A stretch of DNA of 64,000 nucleotides from an uncultured Nitrososphaeraceae archaeon (lineage in GTDB: Archaea > Thermoproteota > Nitrososphaeria > Nitrososphaerales > Nitrososphaeraceae), in assembly GCA_963837175.1 (NCBI GenBank), contig CAWIMJ010000016.1:106474-170473 (forward strand). The letters run 5' to 3'. Positions 1-12,038 of the stretch are shown here, in pieces (position 1 is the first letter of the stretch; every line of letters starts with the position of its first letter). The notes below the pieces were generated by a model. The model was not told where the DNA came from and made no database searches. It saw only the letters and a program-made list of their open reading frames with translations. Position numbers and translations under genes: made by a program.

Positions 1-459
1 CAAACAAATAGTAGTAGTATGAGATTGAAGTATGAAAATATACCTGTTGCACGGTGAGTCTATACATTAATCGGAAAATAAAAAGATAATTTTATTACTC
101 AACTATTATTTTGGCCTCTATATAGAGATAATACAGAAATTTTATTAATATGTTATTACTTTCTTTAGGCGATTCTCTATGCTAGTATAATCTTCGCATT
201 TATTGGAGTCTATCGTTTACGTATATCTTGCTTCCGATACTCTATGCTTTACCATAATTGATTTTTTATTGTACTTCGGCAATCAGATTAATGTGTCTAG
301 ATGTATTACCCAGATTCAGAATAAAAGTGGCAAAATTTCTCTATAAACCAATAGTAAGCCAGATCATACTTTCGAACTGAATTCAGGGCTCGCTTATTTA
401 TGATATTGTGTGTGTTTTACGCTATTAAAAAAATTTTAACAGCTGAACAATCAAACAAT

Positions 460-759
460 TTAATTCAGAGGTATTCTGTACAGTTCCTTCTGAGATACAG
501 AGGACCAGGCACCCATTCCACTTCCGCCAGTTGCGTTTGTGTCTACAATTTCACTGACAACAATTTCCTTTGGATCCATTGGCGGCCAAATCATTGCAAC
601 ATACTCTTTGGCATTTCCTGTCCTATCAAGGCTCGCTAATTGCATATTCTCTTTTTCAAATCCTTGCATAACAAGTTTTTCTTTTATCCGATCAAGAAAG
701 TGGTGCTGCCCATGAACTATAAGGTATATCTTTTTACTACTATCTAAAGAAGACGACAT
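460..759 (-). CDS. hypothetical protein
   Basis: 99-aa ORF with protein-like composition, divergent from the next ORF; no recognisable motif. Confidence 0.7.
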   Translation of the reverse strand: MSSSLDSSKKIYLIVHGQHHFLDRIKEKLVMQGFEKENMQLASLDRTGNAKEYVAMIWPPMDPKEIVVSEIVDTNATGGSGMGAWSSVSQKELYRIPLN

Positions 760-831
760 ATAATTTTCATATGTTACTAGAATCGCATACCTTTAAACAT
801 ATTGATAACATATGATAGATAAAATCAAGTT

Positions 832-1425
832 ATGACAATAATTACCGATTCATATATGCGAATGATTCTTCCTGAAGATACATCAATTCGTCTATCTGAA
901 TTCATTGCGGGTAGACAGAATTTTCCATTTATCAGAAATGAGGAAGTGATGTGCATTTTTTATCTCTATGGAAAGAAAAATGGAATTAGATACGATAAAG
1001 AACGTAATGAAGTTATGAATCTTGCAGAGAATACCGTAATTAATTTACGGAGATCTATAGAAACATATAATGACAGTGCTAAATCAAAGATGGATTCACA
1101 ATTTATACACAGCAAAATCGTCAGAAGGGAATTACAAGTCACTGTTGAAGAAAAAAAACATGTCTCTAAAGAGAGACTTTTGAATGATCCGGTAATAATA
1201 TCTGACTGTTTTGCACAGCATGTGTCCTACTATAATGAAGAATATTTTTTTCAATTATATGGGCCCCTGCGAGAATACGATCTCATAAAGGACATAAGAG
1301 AACAACTCTCAGGAAGAATGGTGATGTTAGGATTTAATAGAAAGGATGAACAGTCATTGCCATTTCAAAATGCCTTTATACCATTATGCGTATGGATAAG
1401 AGATCACATGCAGATCGATGCATGA
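832..1425 (+). CDS. hypothetical protein
   Basis: 197-aa ORF with ATG start and AT-rich TATA-like upstream (tttaaa ~792). Confidence 0.75.
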   Translation: MTIITDSYMRMILPEDTSIRLSEFIAGRQNFPFIRNEEVMCIFYLYGKKNGIRYDKERNEVMNLAENTVINLRRSIETYNDSAKSKMDSQFIHSKIVRRELQVTVEEKKHVSKERLLNDPVIISDCFAQHVSYYNEEYFFQLYGPLREYDLIKDIREQLSGRMVMLGFNRKDEQSLPFQNAFIPLCVWIRDHMQIDA

Positions 1426-2349
1426 TTGTCTGATAATTGTTTTTCGAGTATTAAGTGAATTATTTTTATATGCTCTGCAGGATATTTTTTTTAGCGATAT
1501 CTATCATAAAATTAACAAGATAAAATTGTATATTAATTCTAACCTATGTTGCTGACAAGCAGAGAAAGAGTTCGTTGGCCTATTATTTTTTCCAGTATTC
1601 TGACATTTCTAAATGATGTTTTTGATCTCGTATCCTGATTTTGCAAATCAGGGCCTTCCAATTTAGCTATTACCAATTAACTTTTATCTTTTCATTATTT
1701 ATTGAGTATATGTACTTCTTTATTACTTGAATCTCCATACTATTATTTTCTCTTACTGGTTTTCATACTATTTTCGTTGGAGAAGCAAAGCCACAAATTG
1801 CTCCTATTTCATGAACAGTATTACCATTTTGTTGAGATAAATAGATTAAATTTTATAGCCATTGTCGACAGCAGTTAAACGGTCATTGTCTGGATCGGTA
1901 AAACGTAGGAAGAAACCTGATATTATCACATTTATGAAGCACTTTCCAATGTAGTTGTGACAAGTAGAAGGTGGAGAGATTGCTGGGTACATTCCTGACT
2001 GTCATCCTTACAAGTAATCCATAAAGCCCTCAAAGACTCAAAATCCATATTACAAGGTTCTATGTTGCAATACCTACCTATTCCATTTGCTTCCAAAAGG
2101 CCCTACAATTACTGCATACCTAGTTGACATACCCATGATTAACTCCTTTTTTGTCACGTGAGTCGGAGGCTTGTAGAGTTACTCACAGCGGAATACAGGT
2201 ATAAGTAATAATCTTATAATTATATTTATATAGAAATATTATTATCATAACATTAGCAACGTTTTTTATTATTATACCTGTATATTTCCAATTATAAGGG
2301 CTCCCTGTTTTTGCGTATTATTTACAAGCCTTAATTGGACTTCCAAATA

Positions 2350-2404
2350 GTCATTACCACATCATTACCACGTCATTACCACGTCATTACCACGTCATTA
2401 CCAC
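2350..2404. repeat. 11-bp tandem repeat (g/a)TCATTACCAC x5
   Basis: Five consecutive copies read directly, no spacers, intergenic. Confidence 0.95.
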
Positions 2405-2631
2405 ATATAGGTTGTTTGCTGAATTTCAGTGTAGCGATGATGGAAAGTTTAACACAAATTCACGTGGCCGCCCTTTATATGCAAAGGTTTCGATTACTAT
2501 AATAATTAATGAACTAAAATACATCTAAGTCATGAGAGGCAGAGAATCATCTTTCAGCATAATTTTTTTATTTCTAGAATTATAAAGCTTGAACTTTATG
2601 TTATCTTATATGTAGGTTTAGTGTATATTAT

Positions 2632-2964
2632 GTGATCTTTTTGATACAAAATAGTTTTCCGATGAGGGAATGGCACGTTGAACACATGGAAAAAATAATT
2701 GTGAAATACATAAGAGGATTATCGGAGAATGCTTCTGCATGGGAGAAGAGGCAGCACAAACGATACGGCAAAATAACAAATACATGTAGAAGTATTGACT
2801 ATGATATCAAGCACGGAGTTACACATGAAGAAGTTCTTTTGCTTTTACAAAAAATTCGAAACCATTCGTCTTTTTCTAGTCTTCGAAAAAATGAAGGATC
2901 TATAGAAAGATTAGATGAGGTAGAAAAATACTTTGTCCCATCCAAACGGACGAGCTGGCAGTAA
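2632..2964 (+). CDS. hypothetical protein (start uncertain)
   Basis: 110-aa ORF, MREWHVEHMEK... helical composition. Confidence 0.7.
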   Translation: MIFLIQNSFPMREWHVEHMEKIIVKYIRGLSENASAWEKRQHKRYGKITNTCRSIDYDIKHGVTHEEVLLLLQKIRNHSSFSSLRKNEGSIERLDEVEKYFVPSKRTSWQ

Positions 2965-3306
2965 TATCAACTCCCAACTTAGATTGTATATACATAGATG
3001 TATATGATTATATGTATAATTTTTACATAATATAGAGATAATATTATAATATTTACCATGGAAATGTTTGTCATAACGAAATATGTCAAAATGAGTTTGA
3101 ATATAGTATAAAAGTAAATTATCATTAATCATGATAATAGTATAATTCTTACTTATGAAGGCAATACAATAATTCAACTCTACCAATAAAACAAATTTGA
3201 GGTTATCCATTTATCCTTTAGCGTTTGATAGCAAAATAGTTGGAGTCCCACTCATTTAACAATATTATATGAGATCTTACAATTAAGATAACTACATTTA
3301 TACTTA

Positions 3307-4125
3307 ATGATGAAAAAATTATATATATTGATAAATAATCCAGTAGCTATCTTCGATTCTGGTATAGGGTCGCTATCAATAATCCAAGAGTTAAAAAAAG
3401 AAATACCGCATGAGAATTTATTATATTTTGCTGATAAGGCACACTTTCCGTATGGAAATAAATCACCGGGGCACTTGCGCGATATTATATTAAGCACTGT
3501 AAACTATCTAGAAAGATATAAGCCAAAACTAACCATAATTGCTTCTAATACTCCTTCTATAACAATATTAGATGAAATCAGGCGGTTGGTAAATATACCT
3601 TTAATAGGAGTTAGACCACCTTTAAAAGAAGCGTGTCGGTTAACAAAAAAGAAGCATATTGGAATAATGGCTACCGAACCGACAATCATTAGTAAGGAAC
3701 TTGAAAATCAGATTCGAAGAGAAGTACCTCAAAAGATCCTTGTCACAAAGTTTAATGCTTCACCTATAATAGAATTAATAGAGACTGGAACTTACATTTC
3801 TGATGAGCGCAAAACATTTAATACAATAAACAAGATATTAGGCTATGAAGTAGATAAGGAAATCGATGTGATTACTCTATCCAGTACGCATCTTCCTTTT
3901 GTAAGACCCTATCTTTATTCTCTTCTGCCTACTATAAAATTTGTAGATTCTGCGAAAATTGTAGCAAAAGAGGTTAGGAAATATTTAGCTTTTAATAGAA
4001 TGTTAAAGAAAACGGGTAACAGCAGATTGCAAATACTTGTTTCTGATGGAAAAAAACAGTTTCAAGAAATAATACGAGCTATGGGAGTTAGAGAACCTGT
4101 AGAAGAGGTATTTCTTACCTTTTGA
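3307..4125 (+). CDS. murI: glutamate racemase-like protein (Asp/Glu racemase family) with both catalytic Cys replaced by Ser
   Basis: AIFDSGIGSLS, YFADKAHFPYG, IASNTP (canonical ACNT) and LSSTHLP (canonical LGCTHYP). Confidence 0.85.
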   Translation: MMKKLYILINNPVAIFDSGIGSLSIIQELKKEIPHENLLYFADKAHFPYGNKSPGHLRDIILSTVNYLERYKPKLTIIASNTPSITILDEIRRLVNIPLIGVRPPLKEACRLTKKKHIGIMATEPTIISKELENQIRREVPQKILVTKFNASPIIELIETGTYISDERKTFNTINKILGYEVDKEIDVITLSSTHLPFVRPYLYSLLPTIKFVDSAKIVAKEVRKYLAFNRMLKKTGNSRLQILVSDGKKQFQEIIRAMGVREPVEEVFLTF

Positions 4126-4240
4126 GAAGATTCTGGAGTTATAAAATATGTAAAGCATAATATCATGACATATGAGTTTTGATACCATTTAAATAATGTA
4201 AAACGGAAATAGAAATTAGGCGTTCCTAAGTGGTTTTTGC

Positions 4241-6370
4241 ATGAATAAAAGAATTAGAGTTGGCATCGATGTAGGAGGAACATTTACTAAAGCTGTTGCC
4301 ATTGATATAGTAGACGGAAAAATCATAGGTAAAGCTACAGTTCTCACAACTCACTCTTCCAAAGAAGGTGTAGCCACTGGGATCGTGGTAGCACTAACTG
4401 AATTAATGCAAAAGTACAATATTCAACGCTCTAACATTGAATTGATCTCTCATAGTACAACCCAAGCAGTTAACGCGTTACTTGAAGGAGATACTTCAAA
4501 AGTTGGGATTATTGGCATGGGTGTTGGGATGGAAAAATCCAGCGTAATTAGGCGAACAAACATCAAGGATATTGAGCTGGCACCAAATAAGTATCTGAGA
4601 ACGTGTTATCGTTTTTTAGATACAGCCAAGTATTTGCAAGACCAAGAAGTCGTTTCTGCAATTTCCGAATTGAAAAGAGAAGGCGCGGAGGTATTAATAG
4701 TAAGCGAAGCATATGGAGTAGACGATCCAAGTAATGAAGAATTCGTAATGAAAAAATCAGACATTCCTGCAACTGCTGGTCACGAATTAACAGGCTTATA
4801 TGGTCTTGAAGTTCGCACTCTAACAGCCGCTATTAATGCAGGCATTCTTCCTAAGGCGATGAGTACTGCCCAATTTGTTGAATCGGCTGTCAAGAAAGAA
4901 CAGATTGCTGCTCCAATAATGATCATGAAAGGCGATGGAGGAGTTACAGATATGAAGACATTTCGTAATATGCCGATAATAACAGTTCTTTCAGGTCCTG
5001 CTGCTAGTGTCGCAGGAGCCTTACTATATTTTCGTGTATTAAATGGAATTTTTATGGAGATTGGAGGTACATCAACTAATGTATGTATTATAAGGGATGG
5101 CAAACCAGAGATCAGATATGTAACTATAATGCAGCATTCAACCTGTATCCGATCGGTAGATGTTCGGGTTGTAGGTATCGCAGGAGGGTCTCTTGTAAGA
5201 TGGTCAGGTAGAAAAATAACGGATGTTGGTCCAAGATCTGCACACATCGCAGGTCTCCCGTACTCATGCTTTGCTAATATCGAAGAGTTGGAAGGAGGTC
5301 AAATTATTACCTTTAAACCAATGGATGGCGATCCTATGGATTATGTTGCTATAGAGACAGGCGGTGGTAAACGCTTCGCGATAACAAATACATGTGCTGC
5401 CAATGCATTAGGATTAATTCCAGAATTCGATTATGCTCATTCAAATCAAGAGACAGCAAAACTTGCGCTATCGATTCTGGCTCAAAGGATTGGACTTACA
5501 ACTCTAGAAGCAGCGAAATCTGTTCTCGAAATATCAGCCAAAAAGATACTTGAAATCGTTGAACCAATGCTCAGAGAGTACAAGTTGAAGAAGGATCATA
5601 TTGTAATTATCGGAGGTGGTGGTGGAGCATCAGTATTAGTTCCTTATCTAGCACAGAAATTACATATCAAGTACACGATTTCTGAGCATTCGGAAGTGGT
5701 ATCTTCTATAGGTGTTGCAGCAGCAATGATACATGAAGAACGTGAGAAGACAATCACTAATCCTAAACCAGATGATGCTTCTTCATTAATCGAAGAAGTA
5801 AAACAAATTGCTCTTAACCGTGGTGCTACTCCAGAATCACTTATGCTCCAATCCGCCTACATCAGTGAGAGATCATTACTTCGTGTAACAGCAGTAGGCA
5901 ATGTTAGTCTAGATATAGGCAATACAAGCACAAAGAAAATCAATTATGAAGAAGCGAGAAAGGTGGCATGTGAGTTATTTGGAATTAATGAAGGAGTGCA
6001 TTACATTTTTGACACGGAACACTATCATGTATTTGCTTGTGAGATATACAAAAAAAAATTATTCCTGAAATCGAGAAAACATCCAGTATTGGTGTTGGAC
6101 AAGTTCGGCCGTGTAAGACTATTTCTCGAAAACGCGGCAACAATCAATGGAGATCCTAAGGAAGTTGCAGATAAAATCGAATTTCTTCTGCTAAATTCAA
6201 ATGGAAAATCCAATTTTAGTGATCTTGCTCCACAGATACACATTCTTGATGGTATGAAAATTGTAGATTTTTCTAGTCTAACTGCACCTGAACAAGTTTC
6301 AAAAGCAGTCAGATATGAATTGGAAAAGGTTCACAATCAGCAGGTCATTGCTATTGTAAAATTATTATAG
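4241..6370 (+). CDS. hydantoinase/oxoprolinase family protein (HyuA-like)
   Basis: [51 protein letters not shown] motifs. Confidence 0.9.
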   Translation: MNKRIRVGIDVGGTFTKAVAIDIVDGKIIGKATVLTTHSSKEGVATGIVVALTELMQKYNIQRSNIELISHSTTQAVNALLEGDTSKVGIIGMGVGMEKSSVIRRTNIKDIELAPNKYLRTCYRFLDTAKYLQDQEVVSAISELKREGAEVLIVSEAYGVDDPSNEEFVMKKSDIPATAGHELTGLYGLEVRTLTAAINAGILPKAMSTAQFVESAVKKEQIAAPIMIMKGDGGVTDMKTFRNMPIITVLSGPAASVAGALLYFRVLNGIFMEIGGTSTNVCIIRDGKPEIRYVTIMQHSTCIRSVDVRVVGIAGGSLVRWSGRKITDVGPRSAHIAGLPYSCFANIEELEGGQIITFKPMDGDPMDYVAIETGGGKRFAITNTCAANALGLIPEFDYAHSNQETAKLALSILAQRIGLTTLEAAKSVLEISAKKILEIVEPMLREYKLKKDHIVIIGGGGGASVLVPYLAQKLHIKYTISEHSEVVSSIGVAAAMIHEEREKTITNPKPDDASSLIEEVKQIALNRGATPESLMLQSAYISERSLLRVTAVGNVSLDIGNTSTKKINYEEARKVACELFGINEGVHYIFDTEHYHVFACEIYKKKLFLKSRKHPVLVLDKFGRVRLFLENAATINGDPKEVADKIEFLLLNSNGKSNFSDLAPQIHILDGMKIVDFSSLTAPEQVSKAVRYELEKVHNQQVIAIVKLL

Positions 6371-6494
6371 TTAAAATGATATTAATTAAAATGTAAGAAA
6401 ATTAGTATATACGTTAATTTATAAATAACCGTTATTTATCGTAAATAGATTTAATGTTTTTAAGAACGAATTTGTTCTATGAATCTGTTCAATC

Positions 6495-7397
6495 TTGCAA
6501 AAAGAACTCTCGATAATAGATGGGCCATCGTCACCAGATCTCGCTGCAAAAATAGCTCAAGATTTGCGGGCAGAATTGATCCCTGTCGATGTTCGCATAT
6601 TTTCAGATGGTGAAAGTAGAATAAAAATGGGCAATGTTAAAAAAAAAAACTGTGTGATAGTGCAGTCAACATATCCTCCTACCGATCGCCATCTTTTGCA
6701 AACACTGATGATGATAAAAAAGTGTACTGACGACGACGCAGCAGATATTTGTACTGTCGTCCCATATATGGCCTATTCACGCCAAGATAGGGCATTTCAA
6801 GGTGGAGAAGTTATTAGCATGGAATTGATTGCAAAACTACTAGAGGCTGCCGGAAATAAACGATTGATAACAATAGACATTCATAGTCCCCTGGCATTAT
6901 CATATTTTAGTATTGATGTCCAAAATATTTCTTCAATTCCCCTTTTAGCAAATTATGCAGCCAGTAATATGAAACTTAATAGAGCTGTTGTTGTATCACC
7001 AGACGCAGGAGGAATAAAACGAGCATCTGAATTTGCAAAAATATTGGGCTCTGACAGTATAGCTCTAAAAAAATGCCGCGATAGTAACTCGGGAGAGGTA
7101 TTTATTGATGATAATTTAGAACGCAATATTGCAGAGAGAGATGTTATCCTCGTGGATGATATAATAACTAGTGGAGGAACCATAGCAAAAGCATGTCAAG
7201 TTTTAAAGAAAAATAACGCTGATAAGATATATACAATGTGTGTTCATGCCCTATTGGTAAAAGAGGCTGCGGAAAAAATAAGAGCAGCAGGTGTAAAAGA
7301 AATAATTTCTACAAATTCCATACCCAGTCCTTATGCCAAAGTTGACATAAGTCCTATTGTGTCGGCAAGTCTTCGTTCCCTATCTCACCTACAATGA
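6495..7397 (+). CDS. prs: ribose-phosphate pyrophosphokinase
   Basis: FSDGES, PYMAYSRQDR, VSPDAGG, LVDDIITSGGT. Confidence 0.95.
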   Translation: MQKELSIIDGPSSPDLAAKIAQDLRAELIPVDVRIFSDGESRIKMGNVKKKNCVIVQSTYPPTDRHLLQTLMMIKKCTDDDAADICTVVPYMAYSRQDRAFQGGEVISMELIAKLLEAAGNKRLITIDIHSPLALSYFSIDVQNISSIPLLANYAASNMKLNRAVVVSPDAGGIKRASEFAKILGSDSIALKKCRDSNSGEVFIDDNLERNIAERDVILVDDIITSGGTIAKACQVLKKNNADKIYTMCVHALLVKEAAEKIRAAGVKEIISTNSIPSPYAKVDISPIVSASLRSLSHLQ

Positions 7398-8123
7398 ATA
7401 TTTTGCTGTTTAATACATGTCCCAAAGTTATCAAAGATTATCGCAATTTTATTGATCTTCAATTAAGTATCTATCATAATGAAGCAGCATAATAAGAAAA
7501 ATTGCAAATTACCTTGTTAACGGCTAACATTTTCTTGTCATGTAACGTTTTACATATATTTGTAGAGTCTAAAATCGTAGAAAAGGTTGTAGAAATAGGC
7601 GTTTTCATGTAAATTCTATAATAAGTTTCGAAATAGTCATGGATCTTGGTTTTTATTAGCCAAACCTTGAGCAACCATAACAAAAATAAATCAGATAAAA
7701 AATTTATTTGCCATTCTACCTAAACACAACGGTTCTGAAGAACCTGATTTATCCTATGTAATTAAAATAATATGATAGAAGATCATTTTTCCTAGCCCTG
7801 CATTCTAATTGAAGCATAGCATCATCAAAAATCGCCACTTGCATGGTCATAAGAGACATAAATAGAGTAAAATTAAGTCAAATTATTATAACAATAACTT
7901 TGAGATATCACTTCAACCAAAAGGTATTATATGCGAGATATAAGAAGTAAAAGCTTATTTGCATATATAAGTGAAAAATTGAATAGCTAGGTTCTCTAAG
8001 AGTATCAGCATTACGTTTTAAGGTAATGAAAATATTCAATAAAAAATAGGATTGATATAATATGGTAAAAGAAAAAAGGATCTATTGTATATAAGAATCT
8101 GGCTCGCATTGTGACATTATTCC

Positions 8124-9053
8124 ATGGCGAATATGAGATTAATATTTCTAGGAACATCTGCTGCTGTACCTACATCAAAACGTGGACTTTCCTCTATAGC
8201 ATTGCTAAGAGGTAATGAATTGCTGTTATTCGATGCTGGTGAGGGTATGCAACGGAATTTTATAAAGGCCGGTATAGGTATGAATAAAAAAATGAAAATT
8301 TTTATTACTCATATGCATGCAGATCACTGTGTCGGACTTCTTGGTCTCTTACAAACAATGTCTCTGCAAGGAAGAGAAAGAATGCTCGATATTTATGGTC
8401 CCCTAAGGTTACCTGAGTTTCTTAAAGAGAATATGCGTATTATGAATTTTGGATTGACTTTTAATATTAACGTTCATTTAATCAATAATGAGGGTGTAAT
8501 TATAAAAGAGAATGATTATCAAGTTAGTTGTTGCAATGCGTACCATTCAGTACCTTCCTATTCATATTGCCTCACAGAATTTGAAAGACCAGGGATATTT
8601 AGTATTGAAGAAGCCAAACACTTAGGAATTCCAGAAGGCAAACTCTATCATGAATTGCAACAGGGCCAGAATATCATATACGAAGGTAAGATTATTAAAT
8701 CGAGCCAAATAATGGGTCCTTCCCGTCCTGGGAGAAAAGTAGGAATATCTGGTGATACAAGGCCCACTTCAAGACTACAGCATTTTTTTAAAGACTGCGA
8801 TTTATTAGTTTTTGAATCTACATACAGCTATGAAAAACACCATAAGGCTCTCGAAAGTTTTCACTCCACCGCTACAGAAGCTGCACAACTTGCAAAAGCA
8901 GCTGGTGTTAAGAAATTAGTTCTTACTCACTTTAGCCCAAGGTATGAAGAAACTACCGACTTAGTTCAAGAAGCAAAAACTATCCATAACAATGTCGAAG
9001 CCGCTGAAGATCTGAAGATATCAGATATCCATTATGGAGAAAAACAGAAATAA
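8124..9053 (+). CDS. rnz: ribonuclease Z
   Basis: FLGTSAAVP, DAGEG, THMHADH, GP exosite, SGDT, HST, LTHFSPRY. Confidence 0.95.
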   Translation: MANMRLIFLGTSAAVPTSKRGLSSIALLRGNELLLFDAGEGMQRNFIKAGIGMNKKMKIFITHMHADHCVGLLGLLQTMSLQGRERMLDIYGPLRLPEFLKENMRIMNFGLTFNINVHLINNEGVIIKENDYQVSCCNAYHSVPSYSYCLTEFERPGIFSIEEAKHLGIPEGKLYHELQQGQNIIYEGKIIKSSQIMGPSRPGRKVGISGDTRPTSRLQHFFKDCDLLVFESTYSYEKHHKALESFHSTATEAAQLAKAAGVKKLVLTHFSPRYEETTDLVQEAKTIHNNVEAAEDLKISDIHYGEKQK

Positions 9054-9420
9054 TCACCGGTTGTTGTATGACAGTAACAGAGCGGATTTGGCAGCTTTAG
9101 ATATTGTGGCCTTTCTATATTAATTCGATAAAAATTCTGTGGAGAATATTACGAAGGAGATTATACAAAATTCGATCGATTCATCTATGCCAAATTAATA
9201 ATTTACAGCAATTAACGACAAGGGGATATTTATCAGATAAAATATATACAAGATCTTAAAACCAAAATATAGTATATGTGCTAGAGAAGTACATACCTGA
9301 AAATTTTTCAAATTTCAATTGTGTAATTGTAAAGTGAATAGTCATCCCCTGTGAAACTTTAAAGCCACGACTAAGGAGTAGCAATGTACTCTATATGGTT
9401 CCAAAAGTGATGATAAAATG

Positions 9421-10098
9421 TTAACCGATTACCTTGAAAAAGCTCCTGACAAGTTCTTTTTGATCGGGCTGTAATCCAATAATTGCTTCAATGAGTTCTC
9501 TTTCCATCATTATCTGTTTTGAAATCACTGATTGCAACTTTTTACTATCCAGTGGTGTTATATTATCAATTAAGCCATTACTGTAAGCATAGATATATTC
9601 ATTTATTATTTTAGATGCGAAAGATGGAGCTAATCGTATCAATAGCAATAGTCCTTCCCGCATTATATTGTCACTTTGGGCCTCATATGGAATAGAAATA
9701 ATATACTTCTCCAGCATTTTCATTCTATTGCCACCAATCTCGTCTATCGAGACGGAAACTAACAATCCTATCTCTGTCAGTTCATAGAAAGGAACACCTT
9801 CAAGCTGGAGAGCTTTGGGACCACGTCTCAGGGGCAGCCTTCCTCCTTCTTTTACAACTCCTGATGGAATTAGCACCTCATCCAGGTCCCTAAAAATTCC
9901 TGAATAGATATTCTGCCATAAAATGCCATGTATCTTAGCTATTGCATGAGCAATTGAAGTTCTAGTACGCAATTCTGGACTTTGTTCGGTAGCAAGATGA
10001 GCAATAATCCCCCGCTCCCTCATAGCTTCGCCTGTAAACTTATTCTTTCGCGTTTTGAAAGTATCAAATATAGCAATATTACCCTTATGAGCTTTCAA
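9421..10098 (-). CDS. hypothetical protein, possible winged-helix N-terminus
   Basis: 225-aa ORF; helix-helix-wing-like pattern ending PFYELTEIG. Confidence 0.7.
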   Translation of the reverse strand: MKAHKGNIAIFDTFKTRKNKFTGEAMRERGIIAHLATEQSPELRTRTSIAHAIAKIHGILWQNIYSGIFRDLDEVLIPSGVVKEGGRLPLRRGPKALQLEGVPFYELTEIGLLVSVSIDEIGGNRMKMLEKYIISIPYEAQSDNIMREGLLLLIRLAPSFASKIINEYIYAYSNGLIDNITPLDSKKLQSVISKQIMMERELIEAIIGLQPDQKELVRSFFKVIG

Positions 10099-10592
10099 TA
10101 GATATTCATCCTAAACCCAACTTTATTTGCTTAAATAGTTATAATAATAATATTTTAATTTGTTGGTGTTTTTAACAAAACTAAATAGATTCATTTCAAG
10201 AAATTTGCCCAAGTAATAAAAAGAGTATAAATAATATTTTTTACCAATTGTTGATATATGTGTACATTCTCAAGATAGCATTTTAAATGGATATGTACTT
10301 TTATTAGATGCCTTTTTTTGCATTTTAGAAGCAATCTTTAAGACTTGAAATTTCAAATTAAGATTAATTAATTAATTGATGATTGGTATACTAAAAAAAA
10401 TGATCAAAATCCACGGCTAGCTTGTATTTCTGGTTATCTTCATGTATTGGATTAACATCGCCTCCAATATTGTCGGCGACATCTCAATGAACAAAAGCTG
10501 CTGTCTTGCTAGAATTTCGGTGGACAGATTCTTTATTTGTTTTGACATTAATAATCCGTTGCTTTTACTTGTAATCCAGAGATAGTCTTCTT

Positions 10593-10964
10593 TTAATCTG
10601 TCTCGCTTGATTTATGTGTTTCAGCTTGTATTAGGAGTTTGCCGTTAATCGTCCATTTAGCGCTTCCCAATTCTTGACCTCTTGGACCTACTGCTCTAGG
10701 AATATCTATTATGAAATTCTCAAAGGAGTAAGTTACTGATGCCCCTTTACCTGTTAATCTATCAAATAATTCTCCGATCAATTCGGCCCACTGGCTTGAT
10801 GCTTGTGCTGTTTTTTCACTATTGTTAGTATCTTTACTCATAGTTACCATCATATATACACACAATGAATTTAAAAGCATACAAATTATTTCTCTTCTTA
10901 TATAGTTATTACTCAATATACGTTTATCCAAATATGATATTATTTCTTTATTGTATCCAGTCAT
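10593..10964 (-). CDS. hypothetical protein (true start probably ~10850)
   Basis: C-terminal 85 aa look protein-like (WAELIGELFDRLTGKGASVTY). Confidence 0.6.
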   Translation of the reverse strand: MTGYNKEIISYLDKRILSNNYIRREIICMLLNSLCVYMMVTMSKDTNNSEKTAQASSQWAELIGELFDRLTGKGASVTYSFENFIIDIPRAVGPRGQELGSAKWTINGKLLIQAETHKSSETD

Positions 10965-11162
10965 AGTATATAATCAACGTTAAATTAAAATTTTTACCAA
11001 ACCAGGAATATTCTGTTATCCATATAATCAGATCTTCAGCGCTTAATTTGAGAAGAATCGATCAGATAATTGTGCTCTATCATGCATATATAATAAGAGG
11101 AGATTTTGTAAATAAAAAAATTTGTTTGAAATAATACTAAAAAATTTAAAATTTAGGATCTT

Positions 11163-11429
11163 TTATTTTTTCGCCGTCATTCTAAGTACATCTACTTGAC
11201 CACTATGCAACCAATCCTTAAGCTCTTCATGACTTGGCTTAATATCATGTTTTCCTGCTAAATGGAGATGTAAAAGGACATAGTTAATTTGGTTTAACAA
11301 CGGCTTATTTTGCTCATCCCCCTGGCGAGCTTTCTGTTTTAAATCAGCAGGTACAGTGTTCCACCAATCATTGAAACTCCTCTTTCCACCATTATTATGT
11401 TGTGAACCGAATCCCTTTGGCATTGTCAT
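11163..11429 (-). CDS. small hypothetical protein
   Basis: 88-aa ORF, ATG start. Confidence 0.7.
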   Translation of the reverse strand: MTMPKGFGSQHNNGGKRSFNDWWNTVPADLKQKARQGDEQNKPLLNQINYVLLHLHLAGKHDIKPSHEELKDWLHSGQVDVLRMTAKK

Positions 11430-11648
11430 ATTAAAAAAGCAGCATGTATACGAAGTTATTAAATGTATTTATTTTAAGCTCGTTAAAACTTTACTAACTT
11501 AAAATTACCAATTACTTTATATAAAATGAAAATGGTTGTATGTATATAAAACACTAAAATGATCTGACAAATATCTAAGAGGAGTAAATACAGTTATTTA
11601 GACTTACCATCTCCTAGATTTAAATTATCCTAAGGAGTTTAATTCATT

Positions 11649-11985
11649 ATGTCGGAAAAAACCACAACAGAACCAACAACCACAACAGAACCAACAACCA
11701 CATAAAGAAGGATTTCGTGATGCGATATACATAGGAAAGAAACCTCTGATGGCCTACGTGACCTCGACACTCATTCAGCTTGCTAATCAGCCTACAGTAA
11801 CGATTAAGGCAAGGGGTTTAAGCATTGGAAGAGCGGTAGACGTTTCTCAAATCATTCTGAAGAGAATGGAGAGTGCTGGATACAATATAGGCGATGTAAG
11901 AATTGGCTCCGAAACTGTTCAATCTGAGGATGGCAGAACGCGAAACGTTTCTACGATTGATATAGAAATAAAAAGAAGCTCTTAA
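11649..11985 (+). CDS. albA: DNA/RNA-binding protein Alba (apparent +1 indel in A-run ~11660)
   Basis: IYIGKKPLMAYV, IKARGLSIGRAVDV, RNVSTIDIEI; GGAG SD then ATG at 11649, one base out of frame; N-terminal PQQNQQ x2 from an 18-bp duplication. Confidence 0.92.
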
Positions 11986-12038
11986 GCGCTCTCCGATGCT
12001 TTTTGTTCTTATATATCTCCTAATGTTCCACTAAAGCA

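Noticed and set aside
1550-2200. Decayed minus-strand gene with upstream GTGAGT/ACTCAC hairpin as a riboswitch
   Set aside because: An SD and ATG exist at ~2137, but I could not assign the fragments to a family, and the 6-bp hairpin matches no riboswitch consensus I recognise.
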